A stretch of DNA of 30,614 nucleotides, the filler included, from a bacterium (GTDB lineage: Bacteria > JADJOY01), in the NCBI GenBank assembly GCA_046331705.1. It is 3 parts of 3 records of this genome, joined end to end, with 100 filler letters (N's around TTAATTAATTAA, not from the genome) between each part and the next. Parts side by side here need not be neighbours in the genome. Positions count along the whole stretch, not along the records: positions 24,126 to 30,614 come from JAXLQJ010000118.1; 2 more parts are not named here. One strand, 5' to 3'. The position numbers and the translations under genes were made by a program. Below the pieces are notes generated by a model. The model was not told the origin of the DNA. It saw only the letters and a program-made list of their open reading frames with translations, and did no database searches. This document shows, in pieces, positions 24,167 through 30,614 of the stretch (position 1 is the first letter of the stretch; each line of letters opens with the position of its first letter).

Positions 24167-24832
24167 ATGCCGCTGACGATCGAGCAGTCCTTCTACGAGT
24201 TCCTCTGCGGCCCGCGCCAGTACCACGGAGACCTGAGTCGCTTCATTGCGGCCTATCGCGCGATTACCGCGGCGGAGACCGAGACACCTCTGCGCATCGT
24301 GCCGCACGAGGAGCGGATCATTGGGCGATTGGTGCTTCCGCTGCGACGCGCAAAGGCAGCCTTTGTCCTGGGCGACTACCTCGGGGTCGTGGCGCTTGGT
24401 GGAATCGTGGCCGAGATGGCCGCCATGCTGCTGTACGAGTTGGCCGACCTCGGATTGGACGATCAGCAGCAGGCGCTAACGTTTGGTCGGAGCTTCGTCA
24501 ACCTGGGCCAGGAGCGTAGAGTCGAAGTCCTCAAGGTGCGCGGCCTGCTCGATGAGCGCCAGTTGCAGTGGTTCGGATCGATCCGAGGCATTCGTCGCAA
24601 GGACCTGCACTTCCTAGACGAGCCGGCGCCGACCGAGACTGAGGCCCTTACGGTCTACCGCGCGGCATTGGGACTGGTCGCCACGACGATCGGCACGCCG
24701 CCTACCGAGTCATCCTTCGGTCTCAGCGACCAAGTCATGGCCCTCCTTCGGCGGAAGGGACTTGTGTGGAATCCTGAAGATGAGCCCGAGGGGCCGGGCA
24801 CGAAGGCCCGGGTCGGAATCCGTCTGTCGTAG
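24167..24832 (+). CDS. HEPN-like domain protein (possibly 5'-truncated)
   Basis: All-helical pattern AKAAFVLGDYLGVVALGGIVAE plus C-terminal Rx4H (IRRKDLH). The frame is open back to the contig edge (24128), so the true start may be missing. Confidence 0.6.
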   Translation: MPLTIEQSFYEFLCGPRQYHGDLSRFIAAYRAITAAETETPLRIVPHEERIIGRLVLPLRRAKAAFVLGDYLGVVALGGIVAEMAAMLLYELADLGLDDQQQALTFGRSFVNLGQERRVEVLKVRGLLDERQLQWFGSIRGIRRKDLHFLDEPAPTETEALTVYRAALGLVATTIGTPPTESSFGLSDQVMALLRRKGLVWNPEDEPEGPGTKARVGIRLS

Positions 24833-24883
24833 GGTTTCCTGGGCACGTTGCGCGCGCCGAGGACCGGCGAAGGAGTGTCTGAG

Positions 24884-25393
24884 ATGCGCTTTCAAGAGAT
24901 CCTGGCGCGGCTGACCGGCCTCAGCTCACCGGTGTTCGGCGTGTCCTGGAATCCGAAGGAACCGGAGATCGCCGTCGCGAAGCGCGTCATCGTCTTCCTG
25001 GAAGATAGACGCGTTCTGTACGTGCCATCGGAGATGGAATCGCCCAGTCACTGCGTCAAGTCCATCCTCGAGATTCGCAGGTACCTCACGCAGGAACTGC
25101 AAACGCTCGGCGAGGGATCGGAACTCGCCGCCTCGCTCCGTGCGATGCGCGCCGCCTGTCGGAAATTCCTAACGGCGATGCATTCTCGCCAAGATCTCGT
25201 GCTCTACGGCGCCCATCACGGGCACTGGGCAAGCTGGGAGTTCAACGGGGGGCTCGGCGAACTTCGGGGCGTCTTCGGCGTCCACATCGCCCGGCTCGCG
25301 GCCGCCCATGGGCTCGGGGTGGAGGGCGACCTTGCGTCGATACTGCCGGGCTCGATCGACGACCGCAGCGGAGTGGGAGACCTGGAAGGCTGA
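24884..25393 (+). CDS. DUF6650-like protein
   Basis: AAGGAG RBS. MRFQEILARLTGLSSPVFGVSWNP...FLEDRRVLY...HCVKSILEIRRYLT...MRAACRKFL...LGELRGVFG matches my recollection of DUF6650; not searched. Confidence 0.7.
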   Translation: MRFQEILARLTGLSSPVFGVSWNPKEPEIAVAKRVIVFLEDRRVLYVPSEMESPSHCVKSILEIRRYLTQELQTLGEGSELAASLRAMRAACRKFLTAMHSRQDLVLYGAHHGHWASWEFNGGLGELRGVFGVHIARLAAAHGLGVEGDLASILPGSIDDRSGVGDLEG

Positions 25394-25426
25394 ACGCCTT
25401 CAACCGTAAACGCCCATGAGGCTGCC

Positions 25427-26269
25427 ATGCCCACTCGCGTCACCTTCGACAACAACTTCCTCGACAAGTTCAACCAGGCGCATGCGGAGGAACGCCGGAG
25501 GATTCTGGACTGCGTCGCCTCGGGAGGCGTTGAGTTCTACGCGAACTTCGAGATGCTTCGTGAACTGATGGGCTTGGCAGCCAGCCCGGCGCGCAAGCGC
25601 CTGATTATCCCCTACTCCGCCGATGTCCTCGCCCTGACCGGCGGGAAGATTCTGAACGAAGTGCTGCCGATGCTCGAAACTGAGCTGCGCGGCACGTTCG
25701 AGCTCCAGCTGCCCAAGAGTCGGCTCGGGGAGATCGTTGCGTTCCTCGAGCAGGCAGCGAGTGGGCATGTTCCCGACGCGGCCCTAGTCATCGGGACGGG
25801 GGCCATCGATGAGAAATCGCAGGCCAAGGCTGGTTTCGACGCGATGTTCCGCGCATTTGAGACGCATTTCGGCGGATTGAACGACTCGGAGCGTGCCAAG
25901 ATCACCCTAGAGCAGTTGCAGGCGGGCTGGTGGTCCAAGAAGGGCCGGGACACGGTGCTTCGCTTCTGCGCCGATTGGGGTGTCCCGAACCCGGAACAAA
26001 CAGCCGACCAGGTCATGGCCAATCCCGAACGCTTTCCCCACGTCCAGGCGTAGGCTCGCATCTTCGCTCTCAACCTTCATCGGTACCTCGTCCTACGTCG
26101 AAGGCGGCACGAGGGCGATCTTTTCGACCTCTGGCAGATGCTCTACCTGCAGGACATAGACGTCTACATCACCGACGAGAAGAAGCTGCCCGAGTGGTAC
26201 GGAGGCGTTTTCGGGAATACCCGCCGAGTGCTCACGGCAGCCGAGTTTCTTGCTGAGCGGTGGTGCTAG
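25427..26269 (+). pseudogene. PIN-like domain gene interrupted by one in-frame TAG (26051-26053)
   Basis: N-terminal VTFDNNFL (PIN strand-1 Asp). After the TAG the same frame continues 71 sense codons with GDLFDLWQMLYLQDIDVYITDEKKL (PIN C-terminal acidic motifs) to TAG 26267-26269. Confidence 0.7.
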
Positions 26270-26320
26270 GCAGGGTCTACGCCATTCTCCGTCGCCAACG
26301 GCCATTGGCAAGAGTGCGAG

Positions 26321-27721
26321 ATGAAACCAGAAACGCCACAGGACATCCTTCAGAAGCTCGGGCTTCCGATGCCCCCGCCCCCAATCGTGCCGCTTCACGG
26401 CGTGCCCAGCGCGAACGAGCCGATTCAGCTGTACGAGGGCCCCGTGGCAGTTGGCATCGGCGATAAGGAAGTCCTCATTGCCGGCACCGTCGCGTGGGAA
26501 TGGCACCCGCATCCCCGGGTGATGGTTCGTGGCACGACCGCGGCATCGCTTAGGGTGGATGTGCGGGACGCGACAATCTCCATCCCATCGCTCGCCATGC
26601 GCGGAACGTGTCTGCTGTCCGTCGGGATGTCCTTCGAGCATGACTCCGGCCCGAGCTACTCCGTACGCGCCCTCATGCATGATCCGTTCTGCGGCGGCGA
26701 CCTTGGGAAGGCGGTTGCCTTACGAGCCTACCTCCCCAACTTCCCTGAGATGATTGGCAGCCCCGTGGCCCGCGTGGTCGGCGAATCGTTGGAGGTGCAG
26801 CGGGTTCGCATCACTCTCAACGGCGACCCGTGGCAGGTGGTGCTCGACCAGGTGCCGCAGGCGACAACCAACCGAAATGCCCTCCGATCCACTGGCGGAT
26901 TCGCCGTGACGCATGTATGCGAGATCCGTCGCGTGGATGGCCAGCACTTCGAGCAGGCTGACGTCGAGCAGCTTGAGGCAGACCTGCACCTGTACTTCTC
27001 GTTCCTGCGTGGGCACTACTGCAGTCCGGTGCTGCTCGAAGGAGTCGACTCCACGGGTGCGTCGTGCTGGCGATCATGGAGCTACCGTCCCATGGAGTCG
27101 GCCAAGACGGTCTGGGAATGGCTCCCGGTCTTTGAGCCGGCAGCGGCCAGGCAGCTGTTTCCTGGGTTCATGGCGCGCCGGGCCGACTCGCAATGGCGGC
27201 AATCGATCGAAGCGGCAGTGCGCTGGTACCTCTCCGGCAACACATTTGCCGGCGGCAGAGCCGGCGCGATCGTACTCGCCATCGCAGGCCTCGAGTTGTT
27301 GGCCTGGGAGTACCTTGCCGACCCTCGCCTGAAGAAGCAGCGGGGCCAGAGTCGACAAGGAACTTCAGAGAAGGTCCGCGCCCTACTGCAGTGGGCAGGA
27401 ATCCCTGCAGCCATTCCCGCAGGTCTGACTGCCCTCGCCGCTGCTTGTCCAGGGCATGACGCCGCTCGAGCCCTCATCGACGTTCGCAACGGCATCGCCC
27501 ACCCGGAGCCCCGATATGCGCACCTGCGGTCGGACGAAGTCCTCTGGGACAGTTGGCGCTTGGCACTGGAGCTGCTCGAGCTCGCAATCCTCCGGCTCAG
27601 CGACTACTCCGGCAAGTTCCACAGCCGGGTAGAGGGCAATCGCTTCGCGGCGGACGTCACCAGCGTTCCGTGGATGGTAGGCTCGGAGACGCAGCCTTCT
27701 CCCGACGGGGCCGAGAGCTGA
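26321..27721 (+). CDS. ApeA-like / YopA-like protein with C-terminal HEPN domain
   Basis: Beta-rich N-terminal half, then AVRWYLSGN...LAIAGLELLAW and the HEPN motif VRNGIAHP (R-N-x3-H). 466 aa, typical ApeA-type layout. Confidence 0.72.
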   Translation: MKPETPQDILQKLGLPMPPPPIVPLHGVPSANEPIQLYEGPVAVGIGDKEVLIAGTVAWEWHPHPRVMVRGTTAASLRVDVRDATISIPSLAMRGTCLLSVGMSFEHDSGPSYSVRALMHDPFCGGDLGKAVALRAYLPNFPEMIGSPVARVVGESLEVQRVRITLNGDPWQVVLDQVPQATTNRNALRSTGGFAVTHVCEIRRVDGQHFEQADVEQLEADLHLYFSFLRGHYCSPVLLEGVDSTGASCWRSWSYRPMESAKTVWEWLPVFEPAAARQLFPGFMARRADSQWRQSIEAAVRWYLSGNTFAGGRAGAIVLAIAGLELLAWEYLADPRLKKQRGQSRQGTSEKVRALLQWAGIPAAIPAGLTALAAACPGHDAARALIDVRNGIAHPEPRYAHLRSDEVLWDSWRLALELLELAILRLSDYSGKFHSRVEGNRFAADVTSVPWMVGSETQPSPDGAES

Positions 27722-27874
27722 TTGTCGATGAGTTCGTCGAAATCTAGCGAACGCCTGAGGGTCGCTCCCACGCGAAAGCCCGAGCGCTGAGCAAGAGGTG
27801 CGCACCCGGTCAGCGCCACGCGCGGAGGCCCGACCCCGTGGGACGTTGCCCGCGTCGCGCCCGTAGCCGCCCGC

Positions 27875-27911
27875 CTGAGCGCCTCCCGCGCCCCCGCCCC
27901 GCTGAGCGCCT
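27875..27911 (+). repeat. Direct repeat CTGAGCGCCT x2
   Basis: Exact copies at 27875-27884 and 27902-27911, each preceded by a GCCC(C)G-like run. Confidence 0.6.
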
Positions 27912-27992
27912 GCGGCGGCCGACGCCCCGCCCCGGGCGGTTCGAGTCTTGCTGGGTAGTAGGCCGAGCGGGCCCAGGCGCGGAATCCGTGCC

Positions 27993-28088
27993 CTACGCGG
28001 CCTTCTCCGCCAGCGCCAGCCGCAGCTCGTTCATTTCGCGGAGCCAGCCCAGCAGTTGGTTCAACTCCGCCATCCATGGGGACGCCAA
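27993..28088 (-). other. Orphan coding tail LASPWMAELNQLLGWLREMNELRLALAEKAA* starting in the att core
   Basis: 31 sense codons, almost all G/C-ending, forming an amphipathic helix. No RBS seen. The upstream frame beyond 28088 reads as non-coding. Confidence 0.6.
28074..28087 (+). repeat. Displaced tRNA-Glu-like 3' fragment, candidate attR core
   Basis: CCATGGGGACGCCA; GGGGACGCCA is the 3' end of bacterial tRNA-Glu such as E. coli's. No 5' half of a tRNA lies upstream. It sits at the island/host boundary and is followed by a terminator-like hairpin. Confidence 0.62.
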
Positions 28089-28097
28089 ACTTCCGTT

Positions 28098-28137
28098 CGC
28101 CTCGCGCGTGCTTTCGCCGCCGGGGCGTTCGTGTTTT
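28098..28137 (+). terminator. Terminator-like hairpin after the tRNA fragment
   Basis: CGCCTCG (28098-28104) pairs with CGGGGCG (28121-28127), followed by TTCGTGTTTT. Confidence 0.5.
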
Positions 28138-28325
28138 CGGGACCGACGCTGCCCGCGGCCCGGCGAAACGCACCGCGCCCGTCCCTCGGAGGCACGCGGC
28201 TGGAGCACCCTCTCGCGCGTCTGTCGCGATGCGATTGCCCAGCCCTCGCTCGCACCGGATGTTCGCCTCGCGAGCTTGGCCTCGCGCCCTCACGCTGGTC
28301 CGGGATCCAAACGCACGAGGTCGAC

Positions 28326-30389
28326 ATGAAGCGCAGGGACTTTCTCCGCACCGCATCGCTGTTCGGGGCCGCTCTCGCATTCGGGGCCGGCGACGTCTGG
28401 GCATCCACGCGCGAATGGCGTGAGCGCCGTGAGTTCTTCCCCGAAGGCGTCGCGTCGGGCGACCCGCAGGCGGAAAGCGTGATCCTGTGGACGCGCCGGC
28501 CGCCGGTGAACGGCAGCACGTCCCGACGCCTCACGCTCGAGATCGCCGAGGACGAGAAGTTCACGCGCGTCGTCGCGACCACACGCACCCGCCTGTCCGC
28601 CGCCTCCGACTGGACGTGCCGCGTGCTCGCGGCGGGACTGAAGCCGGCACGCGTGTACTGGTACCGGTTCACCGACGAAGAGGGGAACGGCAGCCGCATC
28701 GGCCGCACGGTCACCGCGCCCGCGAACGACGATCCTCGCCCGGCGCGCTTCGCTTTCGTCAGCTGCCAGGACGCCAACACGGGCGCACAGAACGCCTATC
28801 GCCGGATGATCTACGAAGACGAGCGCGCGCCCGAGAACGAACGGCTCGGCTTCGTGCTGCACCTGGGTGACTTCATCTACGAGATGGTCTGGTACCCGGA
28901 AGATCGCAAGCAGGGCTACTACGACCGCACGATCTACGACGTGGTGCGCTACCCCGGGGGCGAGAAGATCAGCGACTTCCATGTCCCGATCACGGTGGAC
29001 GACTACCGCGCCGTGTATCGCGGCTACCTGCACGACCCGGAAATCCAGGACGCTCGTGCGCGCTGGCCCTTCGTCTGCATCTGGGACAACCACGAGTACT
29101 CGTGGCAGGGCTATCAGGGCATGCAGGTGTTCGGTGGCAAGACGCGGCCCGCGCAGACGCGCAAGGTCGCCGCGAACCAGGCGTGGTGGGAGTTCCAGCC
29201 GGCGCGCGTGGAAAAGCCCAGCGGGCCTTCGCTCGAGACTTTCGATCCGCCGCACGTCGAGGACGCGCCGGTCACGACGTACGACGAGCACGGACTCGGG
29301 CAGGAGCCCAACAACCTCACGGCGATCGCGAGCTTGAAGGCGTACCGGTCCACTCGCTACGGCGCGAACTTCGACCTGTTCATCACCGATCTGCACAGCT
29401 TCCGCTCGCCGGACGCGACCGACGTGCCCGAGGGCGACCAGTTCTACGACAAGGCGTTCCCGTACTTCGTGCCGGAAGAAGTCATCGAGATCCTCGACGC
29501 CGGTCGTACGTACGATGGCGGCCATCCGCCGGCGACGATTCGATTCGCGGGCAAGGACATCCACAACTCTCGCGCGGACGGACTCCCTCCCTCGATGCTC
29601 GGCGTGGAGCAGAAGGCGTGGTTCCTTTCGCAGCTGCGATCCTCGCGCACGCCGTGGAAGGTGTGGGGCAACTCGCTCCCGACGCTCACCGAGCGCACGG
29701 ACCCGCAGAACCTTCCGCCGGGATCACCCGCGTGGGGCGGCTCGGGATACGCGAGCCTGGGCGGCGGCGACTGGAGCAACCTCGTCACCGAGCGCAACGA
29801 GATCTTCGACGCGGTGCGCGACGCCGGCATCACCGGGTTCACGATCGTCGCGGGTGACCGCCATGCGTTCTGGTCCGGGCTGCCGTCGCGTTCGCTGCCG
29901 CCCAAGCCGTTCGAGCCGGTAGGCCTGGAGTTCATCACGGGCTCCATTTCGGCGCCGGGGTTCCTCGAATCCGCCGAGCACCGCTTGCGCAAGGACGTGC
30001 CGCTGCGCGGCATGTACCTGGCCGACACTCCCGGTGCGGCGAAACCCGAGCCGACGGTCAACATGATGATCCGGCACGGTGTGCGCTCGGCTCTCGAATA
30101 CGCGAGCTCGCGCGACATCGCCAAGGCGCGCGCGCTTTCCAATCCCGACTCGTCACCTCACCTGACGTTCGTGGACACGGGCGGCCACGGCTACGCCACC
30201 GTGCGCGTCACGCCGGACACGCTCGAAACCGAGTTCGTGTGCATCGAGCGCCCGATCGTGCGCAACACCGCTCCGGACGGCGGCCCGCTGCGCTACCGCG
30301 TGCTTCACCGCGCGAACCTCTGGAAGGCGGGCGAGCGGCCGAGCATGGAGGTGAAGGTGATCGAAGGAGCAGCGGACTTGTCCATCTAG
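28326..30389 (+). CDS. phoD: Alkaline phosphatase D family protein, Tat-exported
   Basis: MKRRDFLR Tat signal. Motifs FPEGVASGDP, FVSCQ, LHLGDFIYE, WDNHE, MLGVEQKAW, GDRH. GAGG RBS before ATG 28326. Confidence 0.93.
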   Translation: MKRRDFLRTASLFGAALAFGAGDVWASTREWRERREFFPEGVASGDPQAESVILWTRRPPVNGSTSRRLTLEIAEDEKFTRVVATTRTRLSAASDWTCRVLAAGLKPARVYWYRFTDEEGNGSRIGRTVTAPANDDPRPARFAFVSCQDANTGAQNAYRRMIYEDERAPENERLGFVLHLGDFIYEMVWYPEDRKQGYYDRTIYDVVRYPGGEKISDFHVPITVDDYRAVYRGYLHDPEIQDARARWPFVCIWDNHEYSWQGYQGMQVFGGKTRPAQTRKVAANQAWWEFQPARVEKPSGPSLETFDPPHVEDAPVTTYDEHGLGQEPNNLTAIASLKAYRSTRYGANFDLFITDLHSFRSPDATDVPEGDQFYDKAFPYFVPEEVIEILDAGRTYDGGHPPATIRFAGKDIHNSRADGLPPSMLGVEQKAWFLSQLRSSRTPWKVWGNSLPTLTERTDPQNLPPGSPAWGGSGYASLGGGDWSNLVTERNEIFDAVRDAGITGFTIVAGDRHAFWSGLPSRSLPPKPFEPVGLEFITGSISAPGFLESAEHRLRKDVPLRGMYLADTPGAAKPEPTVNMMIRHGVRSALEYASSRDIAKARALSNPDSSPHLTFVDTGGHGYATVRVTPDTLETEFVCIERPIVRNTAPDGGPLRYRVLHRANLWKAGERPSMEVKVIEGAADLSI

Positions 30390-30482
30390 GGGGCTACTGG
30401 AAATCGCGCTGATGCGAGTAACCTGCGATGCTCTTGCGCACCCACCACTGAACGAACGCAGACGCCGAAGGTGGAGAAGTCG

Positions 30483-30614
30483 ATGAAGCTCCTCGAACAC
30501 CTGTTCCTCGACGGCGAGTTCCCCGCGCGCGAGCGCCTGCTTTCGGGCCTGACGCTCGCGCAGGTCACGCTGCGTCCCGACGGCGCGACGCACTCGATCT
30601 ACGAGGAGCTCTGG
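30483..30614 (+). CDS. DinB-family protein, N-terminal fragment
   Basis: Translated by hand: MKLLEHLFLDGEFPARERLLSGLTLAQVTLRPDGATHSIYEELW. The 'L.GLT...RP....HSI.E..W' pattern is DinB_2-like. GGAG RBS. Confidence 0.7.
   Translation, partial: MKLLEHLFLDGEFPARERLLSGLTLAQVTLRPDGATHSIYEELW

Larger units (their letters stand above)
24126..28087. mobile_element. Right-hand part of a putative tRNA-integrated genomic (defence) island
   Basis: Four co-oriented accessory genes with visibly more A/T-ending codons than phoD or contig B. The region ends at a tRNA 3'-end fragment. No integrase is present in the window. Confidence 0.65.

Noticed and set aside
26051-26053. Genome-wide TAG reassignment or pyrrolysine
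   Set aside because: TAG ends several clear genes here (both STAS genes, tdh, phoD). No pyl genes are in view.
27931-27955. Second T-loop-like GGTTCGAGTC
   Set aside because: Flanks do not form a proper 5-bp T-stem and no acceptor end or CCA follows.
28000-28087. Complete tRNA gene ending at CCA 28087
   Set aside because: No 5' acceptor strand (GTCCCC) about 76 nt upstream, no D or anticodon arm, and the T-loop-like sequence is out of register. Kept only as an att fragment.
27948-28325. 126-codon N-terminal extension of phoD in the ORF track
   Set aside because: The Tat signal and RBS define ATG 28326. The extension crosses the att site and terminator.

Overview
The window is three separate contigs of a high-GC bacterial assembly, probably a metagenome bin. 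They are joined by 100-nt artificial linkers (N44-TTAATTAATTAA-N44 at 3949-4048 and 24026-24125), so no synteny can be inferred across the linkers. Contig A (1-3948) holds a partial MFS transporter, a Tat-exported lipoprotein sulfatase coupled to an SGNH hydrolase, and a probable methyltransferase 3' fragment. Contig B (4049-24025) is housekeeping and envelope DNA with an FCB-group-like gene complement: PstS-like protein, TPR protein, two STAS proteins, exbB-exbD-exbD-tonB, a Yip1-TolC-MFP-ABC-permease-permease exporter, uvrA-tdh-kbl, and a partial secreted Asp-box (BNR) propeller protein. Contig C (24126-30614) starts with what looks like the right end of an integrated island. It carries four co-oriented putative defence/nuclease genes (HEPN, DUF6650-like, a PIN-like gene broken by one in-frame TAG, ApeA-like HEPN) and ends at a displaced tRNA-Glu-like 3' fragment (candidate attR, 28074-28087), followed by host phoD and a DinB-like gene. 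The most notable signal is an orphan 31-codon minus-strand coding tail (LASPW...LAEKAA*) that starts exactly in the att core. It would be fused onto an island gene only after excision, suggesting a recombination-controlled C-terminus/degron switch. All family assignments come from motif recognition by eye, with no database searches.
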